Positions 29,811 through 40,602 of a DNA stretch of 64,000 bases are shown piece after piece. The DNA lies in contig CACKSM010000001.1 of assembly GCA_902602885.1 (NCBI GenBank), positions 81,888 through 145,887 on the forward strand, written 5' to 3'. The notes under the pieces were generated by a model, which was given only the letters and a program-made list of their open reading frames with translations, was not told the origin of the DNA and did not search any database. Within the stretch, counting starts at the first letter, position 1, and each line of letters starts with the position of its first letter. Source of the stretch: an uncultured Alphaproteobacteria bacterium (GTDB lineage Bacteria; Pseudomonadota; Alphaproteobacteria; HIMB59; GCA-002718135). The translations under genes were made by a program, and so were the position numbers.

Positions 29811-30839
29811 ATGATTTATATTAATCTTATTTTAGTTTTTTTAGTGCTTGTCGCAATACATGAGTATGGTCATTATATAGTTGCGAGATTGTTTAAAGCT
29901 GAAGTTACTGATTTCTCAATTGGATTTGGTAAGCCTCTTTTAAAATATACAGATAGAAATGGCACTACATGGAAATTATCTCCAATTCCATTGGGTGGAT
30001 ATGTTAAAATCAAAGGTCTAGATAATATATTTTCTCCAAACCCTAATGATGAACAAGGATCCTTTCAATCCCTTACACTTTTTCAAAAGATATTAGTACT
30101 TTTAGCAGGAAGTATTTTTAATATTCTTAGTGCGTGGTTTGCTCTTTTCTGCATATTTTTCTTTTTTGGAATTGTTAGCTTAATGCCAATTATTGGATCA
30201 GTTAGCGAAAATTCATCAGCATTTGAAAATGATCTTAGAGAAGGAGATAGAATACTTGAAATAAATAATATTAGTATTGAAGAGTTTTCTGATATCCCAA
30301 AAGCAATTGCAAATAACCAAAGTATAAATATCTTGATAGAAAGAAATAATCAGATAATCGAAAAAAATTTTGATCTAAAATTTAATGAAGAATTAAATAG
30401 GTACATTATCGGAATATCTTCACCTGAAAATCCTATTATTGATAAGTATAATTTAATTGATTCAATTAAAAACTCATCTTTATTTATACCTACATATTAT
30501 GCTGCTTCTTTTGCATTTCTTCAACAATCTTATAAAGAAAATACATTAGGAGATCAGTTAGCTGGACCAATAGGGATCGTTAAAAATGCTGATCAAATGA
30601 TGCTAGATCAGGTTAGAGGAGTTCTATTTTTATTTATTATTATTTCTTTGTTTGTGGGGTTATTTAATTTGCTTCCTATTCCTCTTTTAGATGGTGGTCA
30701 TATAATGTATTTTATTATTAGAAGAATTTTTTCAAACTCTCTTCCTGAGTTTATTACAAGAGTTTATTTGGCTGTGGGGATAACAATAATATCTTTTCTC
30801 TTTATAGTTGTGACTTACAACGATATTTTTTATAAATAA
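29811..30839 (+). CDS. rseP: RIP zinc metalloprotease RseP (site-2 protease, single PDZ)
   Basis: HEYGHY (HExxH) near the N-terminus. NLLPIPLLDGGH near the C-terminus. PDZ-like middle domain. Confidence 0.88.
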   Translation: MIYINLILVFLVLVAIHEYGHYIVARLFKAEVTDFSIGFGKPLLKYTDRNGTTWKLSPIPLGGYVKIKGLDNIFSPNPNDEQGSFQSLTLFQKILVLLAGSIFNILSAWFALFCIFFFFGIVSLMPIIGSVSENSSAFENDLREGDRILEINNISIEEFSDIPKAIANNQSINILIERNNQIIEKNFDLKFNEELNRYIIGISSPENPIIDKYNLIDSIKNSSLFIPTYYAASFAFLQQSYKENTLGDQLAGPIGIVKNADQMMLDQVRGVLFLFIIISLFVGLFNLLPIPLLDGGHIMYFIIRRIFSNSLPEFITRVYLAVGITIISFLFIVVTYNDIFYK

Positions 30840-30857
30840 ATATTATTGGGAGATAAA

Positions 30858-31226
30858 ATGACAAATTTTGAAAAAGTAAAAGAATTTATGACCACTTTTG
30901 GTCAAGAAGTAAAAACTAGTGCTGAATTTCCAGAAAATAAAATTGTTGAATTAAGAAAAAAATTGATTGATGAAGAATTTAATGAATTAAAAGATGCAAT
31001 TAATGATAATGATATAGTTGAAGTTGCTGATGCATTAACTGATATTTTAGTTGTAACATATGGTGCAGGTGCTGCTTTTGGCATAGATCTAGATAAATGT
31101 TTTGACGAAGTTCATCGTAGTAATATGAGTAAACTATCAGAAGAAGGTAAGCCTATTTATAATGAATTTGGTAAAGTTATGAAGGGTCCTAATTATTTAC
31201 CACCAGATCTTAAAAAGTTTATTTGA
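30858..31226 (+). CDS. Small MazG-like nucleotide pyrophosphohydrolase
   Basis: EEFNELKDAI...EVADALTDILVVTYGAGAAFGIDLD...EVHRSNMSK, the all-alpha NTP-PPase pattern. Start trimmed to ATG 30858 after GGGAG. Confidence 0.7.
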   Translation: MTNFEKVKEFMTTFGQEVKTSAEFPENKIVELRKKLIDEEFNELKDAINDNDIVEVADALTDILVVTYGAGAAFGIDLDKCFDEVHRSNMSKLSEEGKPIYNEFGKVMKGPNYLPPDLKKFI

Positions 31227-31273
31227 ATAATATAAATATGATTTCAATCATAATTACTAAATATTATTAGTTA

Positions 31274-32848
31274 ATGATTAAATTTAGAAAAATTAAATTT
31301 AAATTTATTATTAATTCTTTTAAAAATTTTTTGATCTTTTCTTCTATTATTTTCTACACTGCATCTGTTAATTCAGAAAATATTAATAATATTAAGAATA
31401 TTCTTAAAGTTGAATTTTTTGGAAATTATATTCCTAAAGAGGCAAAAATAAATTCTTCTTTGGGTTCATTTTATTTTTTACCTTCTGACTTATTTCAAAG
31501 AAATCATAAATCTAAAAATAACCAAGTTTATTTTATTAATCACATGGCTTTTGGTAATTTAAATAATGATGGAATTACTGATCTTATTTTATCTTATGAA
31601 ATGGAAGTATGCCCAGGTAAACTGAAATTATCTTCTGTCGGAGTTCCTTTATGTGAAGTTGAAGAAGGAGGCACAAACTATCTAAATTTTGCAGTTTTTA
31701 CAGTTACTGAACAGTCCAGAAAACAAATTAATAAAAGGTTTAAACAGATTACTAACTTAGGTAGAAATTGCCAGCGCCCAATTTTAGCTGACTTTAATTC
31801 TGATGGTATTGATGATGTTTATTGTCCTAGTGCATATGGTCATCAGTTTAATGGAAAGTTTTATTATGGTGGAGCCGATGCTGTGTTTATATCAAATCAA
31901 AATGGTGAATGGGTTCAAACTAAAGAAATAGGTGAGATGGTAGATGATAAAACAGGTTTGTATCAAGGGTTTTCTCATGGTGTTACTGTAAATGATATTG
32001 ATCATGATGGCGATTTAGACATTATAACACCTCATATTAAATGGGAAAAAACTAAAGGTGGAGGAAAAATATATTGCCATCTAAATGATGGTCAGGGTAA
32101 TTTTAGCGTAAAACATTGTGCCGATCAATTTGCTTTTGCTGTCACAACTGGCGATTATAATGGTGATGGTATTGTTGATTTAATAGCAAGTGGTGGTTGG
32201 TTTGAAAAAAAATTATATTCTCACAGTTCTAGTAAAAAACATAATAACACAGTAGTTTTATTTGGTGATGGAAAAGGAAACTTTAAAAAAGGGTGGAAGA
32301 AAATTCCACCAGCATATGATATTTATGGATCAGAATACCTTTTTTCACATGTTGTAGATTTAGTGTCATGGGATTTTGATGGAGATGGGGATTTAGATAT
32401 TTCTGGAACTACAGTTGGACCTCTTTATGCAGGTGGTACGCATACTATTTGGTCTAATGATGGAGACGCAAATTTCACTATCGCTGATCAAATTCCAATG
32501 ATACCAGGTAAAAAAGAATGGTCTTCTATTAAAGTTTGGAAAAATGAAATAAGATCTGAGAGTAATCCTTATAATTCATACTGTGGACATACCATATTGA
32601 TTGATATTAATGATGATAGCTTAATGGATATGTATTGTGATAGCCCAACTCAAGATAAACACAGTGGTTGGATTTTTTTAAACAAAGGTGAGCTCCTATT
32701 TGAAAAGATATCACCATATAAAGCATGGAAGAATGGATGGACTAATTATTATATTGATATCTCAGGTGGTCCAAACAAAGATTTTTCAGGTTATAGTGAT
32801 AAGGATTTTTTTGAAACTCATTGGTACTATAAATCAAATTTCAATTGA
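31274..32848 (+). CDS. Secreted FG-GAP/VCBS-repeat beta-propeller protein
   Basis: N-terminal hydrophobic signal segment. At least six Ca-binding DxDxDG-type loops: NLNNDGITDLI, DFNSDGIDDVY, DIDHDGDLDII, GDYNGDGIVDLI, WDFDGDGDLDIS, DINDDSLMDMY. Confidence 0.75.
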   Translation: MIKFRKIKFKFIINSFKNFLIFSSIIFYTASVNSENINNIKNILKVEFFGNYIPKEAKINSSLGSFYFLPSDLFQRNHKSKNNQVYFINHMAFGNLNNDGITDLILSYEMEVCPGKLKLSSVGVPLCEVEEGGTNYLNFAVFTVTEQSRKQINKRFKQITNLGRNCQRPILADFNSDGIDDVYCPSAYGHQFNGKFYYGGADAVFISNQNGEWVQTKEIGEMVDDKTGLYQGFSHGVTVNDIDHDGDLDIITPHIKWEKTKGGGKIYCHLNDGQGNFSVKHCADQFAFAVTTGDYNGDGIVDLIASGGWFEKKLYSHSSSKKHNNTVVLFGDGKGNFKKGWKKIPPAYDIYGSEYLFSHVVDLVSWDFDGDGDLDISGTTVGPLYAGGTHTIWSNDGDANFTIADQIPMIPGKKEWSSIKVWKNEIRSESNPYNSYCGHTILIDINDDSLMDMYCDSPTQDKHSGWIFLNKGELLFEKISPYKAWKNGWTNYYIDISGGPNKDFSGYSDKDFFETHWYYKSNFN

Positions 32849-32881
32849 TAAAAAAATTATTTATTATTGAAGTGTATTAAA

Positions 32882-34042
32882 TTAAATTAAATTAAGTGCG
32901 TTATTTAACGCATTTTTTAAATCATTAATATCTTCAATACCAATCGAAAGTCTGATTAGAGTATCAGAAATTCCTAATTCATCTCTAACTTTTTTATCAA
33001 TGGATGCATGTGTCATTATAGCTGGATGCTCAATTAAACTTTCAACTCCTCCCAAACTTTCTGCTAGTGTAAATATTTGAATTGTTTCAAGAAATTTTTT
33101 TGCTGAATTAATATCACCCATTAATTCAATTGATAATATTCCTCCAAATCCAGTCATTTGTTTTTTTGCAATTTCATAACTTGGGTTATTTTCTAGCCCA
33201 GGGTAAAATACATTTTTAATTTTAGGTTGTTTTAATAAATAATTAGCAATTTCTAAGGCATTATTATTATGCCTCTCCATTCGTACAGCAAGTGTCTTAA
33301 TTGATCGAATAAGTAAATAACAATCGAAGGGGCTAGGAACAGCACCAACTGCATTTTGAATATATTTAATTTTATCAGCTAAAATTTTATTATCATTTAT
33401 AATTAATGCACCGCCTATTATATCAGAATGCCCACCAAGATATTTAGTTGACGAATGTATAACAACATCAGCTCCAAAATTTAATGGTTGCTGATTATAA
33501 GGTGATGCAAAAGTATTATCACAGACTATGATGATATTATCATCTTTTAAGCTTTCTCTAATTTTTTTTATATCTATAATTTTTAGTAATGGATTAGAGG
33601 GAGTCTCAACCCAAATCATTTTTGTATTTTCTTTTAGATGACCTTGCCAATTATTTTCCTTACTAAGATCGGCATATGTTACTTCCACATCTTGATTAAC
33701 TGTTTTAATTTTATCAAATATTCTTCTTGTTCCACCGTAAACATCATCGCTACAAATAATTGAATAATTTTTACCTAAAGCATCTGATAATGCAGAAATT
33801 GCAGCCATACCTGAGCTAAAAGCATAAGCAAATTTACCATCTTCCAATTCAACTAATAACTTTTCTAATATATCTCTTGTTGGGTTTCCTGTTCTTGCAT
33901 ATTCATAAGTAAAGTCACCAGGAGAATTTTGCTTAAAAGTCGATGAAAGATGAATAGGAGGCATTACTGCACCAGTAGTTTCATCAGCGCCATGACCTGA
34001 ATGAATTACTTTAGAATTAAATTTTTTATCTTTAGTTTTCAT
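32882..34042 (-). CDS. Cys/Met-metabolism PLP enzyme (cystathionine gamma-lyase / beta-lyase / gamma-synthase family)
   Basis: YARTGNPTR and SSTKYLGGHSD (PLP lysine). ATG at 34042 preferred; the track's alternative TTG is at 34054. Confidence 0.85.
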   Translation of the reverse strand: MKTKDKKFNSKVIHSGHGADETTGAVMPPIHLSSTFKQNSPGDFTYEYARTGNPTRDILEKLLVELEDGKFAYAFSSGMAAISALSDALGKNYSIICSDDVYGGTRRIFDKIKTVNQDVEVTYADLSKENNWQGHLKENTKMIWVETPSNPLLKIIDIKKIRESLKDDNIIIVCDNTFASPYNQQPLNFGADVVIHSSTKYLGGHSDIIGGALIINDNKILADKIKYIQNAVGAVPSPFDCYLLIRSIKTLAVRMERHNNNALEIANYLLKQPKIKNVFYPGLENNPSYEIAKKQMTGFGGILSIELMGDINSAKKFLETIQIFTLAESLGGVESLIEHPAIMTHASIDKKVRDELGISDTLIRLSIGIEDINDLKNALNNALNLI

Positions 34043-34044
34043 TA

Positions 34045-35046
34045 TTACATCCAATCGGCATAAGGTAAATTTTTGGAAATCAAATATTCTTTATTAAACA
34101 TCTTATCATAATATTTATTTGCATCATCACAAAGTATTGTCGCAATTTTTTTTCCTTTACCCATTGATTTGGCCAGTTTTACTGCACCGCATATATTTAC
34201 TCCAGAACTTAATCCTAGAAATAATCCGTCTGTTTTCATAATTTTAAATAGCATTTCCATACATTCTTGATCGGAAACAAAAAATGATTGGTCTACAAGA
34301 CAATTTTCTAAATTTTTTGTTACTCTGGCTTGTCCAATACCTTCTGTAATTGATTCCTCTCCTTTTTTTTCTGGTTCACCATTAGTAAAATAATTAAACA
34401 TTGATGATCCTTGTGAATCTGTACAAGCGATAATAATTTTTTTATTTTTTGATTTTAACCCAACACTCACACCGGTTAAAGTTCCTCCAGTTCCAATTGC
34501 ACATGTGAAACCATCTATCTTACCATCTGTTTGTTTAAAAATTTCTGCAGATGTTGTTTTTTCATGAAATTTGTAGTTAGCTAAATTTTCAAATTGACCA
34601 GCCCAAAAAGTTTTTTTACCTGTTTGTTTTTCAATATCTTTAGCTAATTGCTGCGAGACTTTTTGATAGTTACCAGGATCGGAATATGGTTTTGCATCAA
34701 CTAAATGAAGTTTTGCTCCCATATTTTTTAGTATATCTCTTTTAGATTGAACGGTTATGTTAGGCATTACAATTTCTAGATTATAATTTTTTGCATTACA
34801 AACTAATGCTAAGCCTATTCCTGTATTCCCAAAAGTACCTTCAACGACAGTTCCACCTGGTTCTAATAATTTTCTTTCTTCTGCATCCTCGATAATACCA
34901 AGTGCTGTTCTATCTTTCACTGAACCAGCTGGATTCATAAATTCAGCTTTACCGTATATTTCACAACCTGAAATCTCTGAAGGGTATTTTAATTTTAATA
35001 GGGGGGTGTTACCAATTAATTGAGTAACATTATTTGTTATCATCAA
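34045..35046 (-). CDS. cysK: Cysteine synthase / cystathionine beta-synthase-like PLP enzyme
   Basis: [28 protein letters not shown]. Confidence 0.8.
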   Translation of the reverse strand: MMITNNVTQLIGNTPLLKLKYPSEISGCEIYGKAEFMNPAGSVKDRTALGIIEDAEERKLLEPGGTVVEGTFGNTGIGLALVCNAKNYNLEIVMPNITVQSKRDILKNMGAKLHLVDAKPYSDPGNYQKVSQQLAKDIEKQTGKKTFWAGQFENLANYKFHEKTTSAEIFKQTDGKIDGFTCAIGTGGTLTGVSVGLKSKNKKIIIACTDSQGSSMFNYFTNGEPEKKGEESITEGIGQARVTKNLENCLVDQSFFVSDQECMEMLFKIMKTDGLFLGLSSGVNICGAVKLAKSMGKGKKIATILCDDANKYYDKMFNKEYLISKNLPYADWM

Positions 35047-35605
35047 TATCTCTTACACCATATGGATTAAATGAAGTATCCTTATTAATATTAATATTTT
35101 TAACTGGATTTCCTACCATTGTTGCATAAGGAGGAACATCTTTTAATACTACTGTATTAGCTCCAACTCTTGCACAACTCCCAATATTAATTGGGCCAAG
35201 AATACTTGCTCCACATCCTATGATTACATTATCCTCTATTGTTGGATGTCTTTTTGTATCTCTTTGATTATTGGAATTTTCTGCTGGACTAATTCCTCCA
35301 AGTGTAACACCATGATATAAAGTAACATTATCTCCAATTATGCTTGTTTCTCCAATTACAGTTCCCATACCATGATCAATAAATAGGTTTTTACCTATTT
35401 TAGCTGCTGGATGAATTTCAATTCCTGTTAAAAAACGACTAAATTGAGAAACTATTCTTGCTAGAGTGTAAAGATTTAAATTCCATAGATTGTTTGCTAT
35501 TCTATGAAAGAAAACAGACTTCACTCCTGGGTATGTAAGCACGATACTTAGCTTGCTTCTTGCAGCTGGATCTCTTTTAATTATTGAGTCTAAATAATCA
35601 GTCAT
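35030..35605 (-). CDS. cysE: Serine O-acetyltransferase
   Basis: DPAARS N-terminal motif, IHPAAKIG, and left-handed hexapeptide repeats ([20 protein letters not shown]). Confidence 0.88.
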   Translation of the reverse strand: MTDYLDSIIKRDPAARSKLSIVLTYPGVKSVFFHRIANNLWNLNLYTLARIVSQFSRFLTGIEIHPAAKIGKNLFIDHGMGTVIGETSIIGDNVTLYHGVTLGGISPAENSNNQRDTKRHPTIEDNVIIGCGASILGPINIGSCARVGANTVVLKDVPPYATMVGNPVKNININKDTSFNPYGVRDIDDNK

Positions 35606-35742
35606 TTCGTAATGCTATTTAGTGATTATTGCATTTTTTTCAATGTAACGAGGATTTCTCTTTAAAATTTATGATTTTAATTATGTCAATTATTGATAGT
35701 TTATGTAGATAAAAGATAATCAATATATGATTTGTTAATTTA

Positions 35743-36864
35743 ATGATTAAAGTAAATAAAATCAAAATTCACTTATTTAAGTATAAGAATAAAAATCCAG
35801 TTTTATCTTCATTTGGCAGAATGACTTTTAGATCATCGTTAGTAGTTGAATTAATTGATCAAAATGACAACAGTGGATTTGGTGAAATATGGTGTAATTT
35901 CCCAAATCATGCTGGTAGATATAGATTTGAAATTTTCAAAGATTATTTTGTAAATTTACTTAAAAATTTTAATTTTGAAAAACCTAGTGATCCTTATGAT
36001 TTTTTTTATGAAAAATTTAATTCAATAAAAATTCAAAGTGGTGATTATGGAGCTTTTAGTAATATTATTTCCGGAATAGATTGTGCTTGTTGGGACTTAT
36101 TTTCAAAAAATAAAAAAATACCTTTAAACAAATTAATTAATAGTAATTCTTCAGATAAGATTCAAGTTTATGCTAGTGGAATTAATAGAGACGAGCACCA
36201 AGAAAGAATTAGTGAAGCAAGAAAATTAGGAATAAAAAAATTTAAAATAAAAATTGGTTATGATTTAAATGATGATATTTCAAGTTTAGCATCAATTGAA
36301 AAAATTTTAAGTGATTCTGAAGATTATATGATTGATGTAAATCAAGCTTGGAAAATAGATAAAGTTCACTCAAATATTAAAGCATTAAATCAGTTCAGAT
36401 ATTATTGGTTAGAAGAGCCAATTAGTGCTGATAATTCTTTAAATGAAATTATTAATTTAATAAATAATCATAAAAATTTAGCCTTTGGTGAAAATATTAC
36501 TCAAATGAATAACTTTGTTAAATTAAATGATGATACTTCAATTAAATTTTTACAACCAGATATTGCTAGGTATGGAGGTATTTCTCAAATAATAAGTTTA
36601 AAAGATAAAATAGTTACTGATAAATTATATCTACATTATTTAGGTGGTGCTGTAGGTTTGGTTACTTCAGCGCATTTAATGTCTGCAATTAATCAAAGTG
36701 GTTTTTTAGAATATGATATTAACGAAAATGCACTCAGAACTGATATTTTGAAACCTGCTGTCAAAATAAGAGATGGTAATCTTTTATTAAATTCATCAAT
36801 AGGTATCGGTTTTAATCTTTCTGAAATGTCAAAAAATTACCTAAATCAATATTATGAATTATAA
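35743..36864 (+). CDS. Enolase-superfamily enzyme (mandelate racemase / muconate lactonizing family)
   Basis: KIKIG, DVNQAW, WLEEP and FGEN provide the conserved Lys and three metal-ligand acidic positions. Substrate unknown. Confidence 0.8.
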   Translation: MIKVNKIKIHLFKYKNKNPVLSSFGRMTFRSSLVVELIDQNDNSGFGEIWCNFPNHAGRYRFEIFKDYFVNLLKNFNFEKPSDPYDFFYEKFNSIKIQSGDYGAFSNIISGIDCACWDLFSKNKKIPLNKLINSNSSDKIQVYASGINRDEHQERISEARKLGIKKFKIKIGYDLNDDISSLASIEKILSDSEDYMIDVNQAWKIDKVHSNIKALNQFRYYWLEEPISADNSLNEIINLINNHKNLAFGENITQMNNFVKLNDDTSIKFLQPDIARYGGISQIISLKDKIVTDKLYLHYLGGAVGLVTSAHLMSAINQSGFLEYDINENALRTDILKPAVKIRDGNLLLNSSIGIGFNLSEMSKNYLNQYYEL

Positions 36865-37249
36865 AATTAAAGTTTACTATGAAGATACCGATGCATCAGG
36901 CAGAGTATATCATTCAAATTATTTAAAATATTTAGAGAGGGGTAGGTCAGAATTCTTATATAAATTGGGATATAATCATCAAAACCTACTCCAATCACTT
37001 AATTTTTACTTTGTAGTTAAACATATCGATATTGATTTTAAATTACCTGCATATTTTGAAGATATCTTAGATGTTGAAACAAAAATTCACGAAATTTCAA
37101 AAGTAAAAATAATTTTTAATCAATCTATATTTAGAGAAAAAAATTTATTAATTGATTCGAAGATTTTAATAACTCCTGTAAATGATAAAGGTAAAATTGT
37201 AAAAATGCCTATTGAAATGCTTGATAAATTGCAATTATCAAAAATCTAA
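36854..37249 (+). CDS. YbgC/4HBT-family acyl-CoA thioesterase
   Basis: VYYEDTDASGRVYHSNYLKYLERGRSEF hot-dog-fold motif. Confidence 0.8.
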   Translation: MNYKIKVYYEDTDASGRVYHSNYLKYLERGRSEFLYKLGYNHQNLLQSLNFYFVVKHIDIDFKLPAYFEDILDVETKIHEISKVKIIFNQSIFREKNLLIDSKILITPVNDKGKIVKMPIEMLDKLQLSKI

Positions 37250-37295
37250 ATAAATTTATATTTTTTTATAAGCAAACAAATGTTAAATAAATTTT

Positions 37296-38132
37296 ATGGG
37301 AATTGTAACTGACGTAATACTGCCTCTTTCTCTAGCTTTCATTATGTTTTCATTGGGTTTAGGTTTAAGTCTCAGTGATTTTACTAGAGTTTTCTTTAAA
37401 CCAAGAGATTTTCTTATCGGATTATTTTTTCAAATTATTATTCTTCCAATAGTTGCATTATTAATTGTTATGTTTTGGCCTTTATCTCCAGAGCTTGCAA
37501 TTGGAGTGATGATTCTTGCAGCTGCACCTGGTGGTGTAACCAGTAATGTTTTAACATCATTTGCAAAAGGAAATATTGCTCTTTCAATATCTTTGACGGC
37601 AATAAACAGTATTTTATGCGTAATTACGGTTCCATTAATATTAATGATATCATTAAGTGTTCTTGACATGGGAAGTATTAATGAGGGACAGTCGTTATTT
37701 AGTGTTGCTTCACAAATGTTTTTAATTGTTACAATACCAGTTATTGTTGGAGTTTTATTAAGTGGAGTACTATCTTCATTTGAAAAAATAGCAAAAAATA
37801 TATCAATAATTTTATTTGTTTTAGTTCTTATTGGAGCAATATTATCTCAAAGAGAAAATGTTATTACTTACTTTGCTCAAGCAGGTTTGGTTATGTTATT
37901 TTTAAATATTATAATGATGATCATTGTTTATTTATTATCTAATACATTTAAATCTTCCAAAGAAACATTCAGATGTTGGTTGATGGAAGTTGGGCTACAA
38001 AATGGAACTTTAGCAATTGTTGTAGCTAATACTTTCTTTGCAAGTACGGTTTATTTGATACCTGCTGCTATTTATAGTTTAATAATGTATGCAACAGCTC
38101 TGCCATTAATATATTTCTTAAGAAGAAATTAA
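37296..38132 (+). CDS. Bile acid:sodium symporter (BASS) family transporter
   Basis: About 9 TM segments and LAAAPGGVTSN motif. Confidence 0.7.
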   Translation: MGIVTDVILPLSLAFIMFSLGLGLSLSDFTRVFFKPRDFLIGLFFQIIILPIVALLIVMFWPLSPELAIGVMILAAAPGGVTSNVLTSFAKGNIALSISLTAINSILCVITVPLILMISLSVLDMGSINEGQSLFSVASQMFLIVTIPVIVGVLLSGVLSSFEKIAKNISIILFVLVLIGAILSQRENVITYFAQAGLVMLFLNIIMMIIVYLLSNTFKSSKETFRCWLMEVGLQNGTLAIVVANTFFASTVYLIPAAIYSLIMYATALPLIYFLRRN

Positions 38133-38912
38133 GACTGGAAAAGTTTCACTATCTAAAACCTCATTATTTTTGAGATTAATATTTGGAAATGGGGGAGACA
38201 TTTCACCTTTCCTCTTAATATATCTTGCGTCATCACCAGTAAATCTCACTGAAAAAGCTCTTCTTCTAGTATTTGAATTATTACCATATGCAGCATGAAT
38301 TGTTGCATAGTTAAATGCTATGGCATCTCCTAGCTCACATTCATATGATATTATTTCATAATCTTTTCTATTACTTTCAATATCTGGAATTTTTTCAAAT
38401 TCTTTATCTTTATGATCATAATCATAACCTTTAAATTTTGTTGGTAAAAATATTTTATCCCAGTTATGTGACCCTAGTATGAATTCCATTGATGAATTAA
38501 TATCAATTTTATCAAGTGGTATCCAAATACTTACATTATCTCTTCCTTGTACACAGTAATACCCTTGATCTTGATGCCACGGTGTTCTTTTTTTAGATCC
38601 TTTTTCTTTTATTAAAACATGCTCATGGAATAAATTTACTTTTTTAGATTTCATTAATGAGCCAGCAATTTTTGCAATATTAGAATTAAAAATAAAATTT
38701 CTATACTCTTTTATTCTTTGCCAATTACAATAATCATCATAAAATATCTCTTGATTATTTTCTTCTTCATAAACACATTTATATTTACTTGGGTTTTTAA
38801 AATTATGTTCAACACCCTTTCTTAGTTCTTCAATCCATTTTTGATCAATAATTCTTTTTAGTAATACTACTCCATTATTCTGAAACTCATTACTAGTATT
38901 TTTTTCAATCAT
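38118..38912 (-). CDS. Phytanoyl-CoA dioxygenase (PhyH) family Fe(II)/2-oxoglutarate oxygenase
   Basis: TPWHQDQGYY (HxD) plus a distal His (ATIHAAYGN) and Arg (RRAFSVRF). Confidence 0.75.
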   Translation of the reverse strand: MIEKNTSNEFQNNGVVLLKRIIDQKWIEELRKGVEHNFKNPSKYKCVYEEENNQEIFYDDYCNWQRIKEYRNFIFNSNIAKIAGSLMKSKKVNLFHEHVLIKEKGSKKRTPWHQDQGYYCVQGRDNVSIWIPLDKIDINSSMEFILGSHNWDKIFLPTKFKGYDYDHKDKEFEKIPDIESNRKDYEIISYECELGDAIAFNYATIHAAYGNNSNTRRRAFSVRFTGDDARYIKRKGEMSPPFPNINLKNNEVLDSETFPVLISS

Positions 38913-39674
38913 TTAATCTTTAATTCTATATCCTTTTGAAAATGTATATGTGATAAATATTATGCATCCAATTAGAATTGTTAGGATAGTTAATGTACTT
39001 GTAAGTAGTGATACATCAGAAACTTCATAAAAACTATATCTGAAACCGCTTATTAAATATAAAACAGGATTAAGTAATGATATTTTCTGCCAAAATTCTG
39101 GAAGCATATTAATAGAGTAAAAACTTCCACCTAAAAAAACTAACGGTGTAATTATTAGAATTGGAATAATTTGTAACCCTTCAAATCCCTCGGCATACAT
39201 TCCAATTATAAAGCCAAATAAAGCAAATGTAATGGATGTTAGAATTAAAAAAAACATCATGAGAAGAGGGTGATCTATTCTTACATCTACAAAAAAATTA
39301 GCTGTTAGAATAATTACACATCCAATTATTAATGATTTGGATGCTGCGGCTCCTACAAAACCAAGTACTATCTCAAATGATGATAATGGTGCTGCAAGTA
39401 TTTCATATATAGTATTTGTAAATCTTGGAAAATAAAAAGCAAAAGAAGCATTAGAAATTGATTGAGTTAGGATAGTTAACATAATCATTCCTGGCACAAT
39501 ATAAGAACCGTAATTTATTCCATCTATCTCTGTTATTCTTGATCCTATCGCTGAGCCAAAAACTACAAAGTAAAGAGAAGTTGTAATTATTGGTGAGGCA
39601 AGACTTTGAAATAAGGTTCTTCTAAACCTTTCCATTTCATGAATATATATTGCTTTAATTCCGTACCAATTCAT
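38913..39674 (-). CDS. ABC-2 type transporter permease
   Basis: 253 aa with six TM segments. Overlaps the upstream ATPase gene by 20 nt. Confidence 0.85.
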   Translation of the reverse strand: MNWYGIKAIYIHEMERFRRTLFQSLASPIITTSLYFVVFGSAIGSRITEIDGINYGSYIVPGMIMLTILTQSISNASFAFYFPRFTNTIYEILAAPLSSFEIVLGFVGAAASKSLIIGCVIILTANFFVDVRIDHPLLMMFFLILTSITFALFGFIIGMYAEGFEGLQIIPILIITPLVFLGGSFYSINMLPEFWQKISLLNPVLYLISGFRYSFYEVSDVSLLTSTLTILTILIGCIIFITYTFSKGYRIKD

Positions 39675-40599
39675 TATTATTTTCCTGTATAAGTTTAATA
39701 AAAATCTCTTCCAGTGAACTTTGCTCAGTATTAATGTCTTTTATTTTATAACCATCTTTTTTTACATCATTTAATAATTCAGTAATATCAGTTGTGTTTG
39801 AGTTTAAATTATAGGTATGTGAAATAATTTTATTTGTTTGATCTAAAGTAAAATTATATTTTGATAAATTACCATTTATTTTTTCAATAGGTTCAACTAA
39901 TTCAATTTTAATTGTTTTTTCTCCAAGTTTTTTTATCAATTTGTCTTTGTCATCCACTAAAATTATTTTTCCATCGTTAATAACTGCTACTCTATCACTT
40001 AACTCTTCAGCCTCTTCAATATAATGTGTTGTCAAAATAATTGTTACTCCATCTTTATTTAATTTTTTAACAACATCCCACATGTCTTTGCGTAACTCCA
40101 CATCCACACTAGCTGTTGGTTCATCTAAAAATAATAATTTAGGTTGGTGAGATAATGCTTTAGCTATTAGGACTCTTCTTTTCATTCCACCTGATAGTTC
40201 TTTAATTTTATTATCTTTTTTGTCCCATAATGATAGTTGTTTTAAAAGCTTCTCTATATAATTATGATCAAGTTTCTTACCAAAAAGACCTCTAGAATAA
40301 TTAACATTGTTCCAGACAGTTTCAAAAGATTCAAGATTTAATTCTTGAGGAACAATACCTGTTATTTTTCTAGTATTTCGATAATTTTTAATAATATCCA
40401 TATTATTTATTTTTATTGTTCCAGTATTGAAATTTACTATTCCACAAATTGAGTTTATGAGTGTTGATTTTCCTGCACCATTTGGTCCAAGTAGAGCAAA
40501 TATTTCTCCTTCTTTAATATCAAGATTTATATTTTCTAATGCTTTAACTGAATTTTTATAAAATTTAGTTACGTTATTTATCTCAAGTATATTTTTCAT
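39655..40599 (-). CDS. ABC transporter ATP-binding protein
   Basis: GPNGAGKST (Walker A), LSGGMKRR (signature), LLFLDEPT (Walker B). Confidence 0.92.
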   Translation of the reverse strand: MKNILEINNVTKFYKNSVKALENINLDIKEGEIFALLGPNGAGKSTLINSICGIVNFNTGTIKINNMDIIKNYRNTRKITGIVPQELNLESFETVWNNVNYSRGLFGKKLDHNYIEKLLKQLSLWDKKDNKIKELSGGMKRRVLIAKALSHQPKLLFLDEPTASVDVELRKDMWDVVKKLNKDGVTIILTTHYIEEAEELSDRVAVINDGKIILVDDKDKLIKKLGEKTIKIELVEPIEKINGNLSKYNFTLDQTNKIISHTYNLNSNTTDITELLNDVKKDGYKIKDINTEQSSLEEIFIKLIQENNNELVRN

Positions 40600-40602
40600 A
40601 AT

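Noticed and set aside
35606-35742. Possible SAM- or sulfur-responsive riboswitch in the 137-nt divergent spacer upstream of cysE.
   Set aside because: No GC-containing conserved core or convincing stem structures were visible on either strand. It looks like plain AT-rich promoter DNA.
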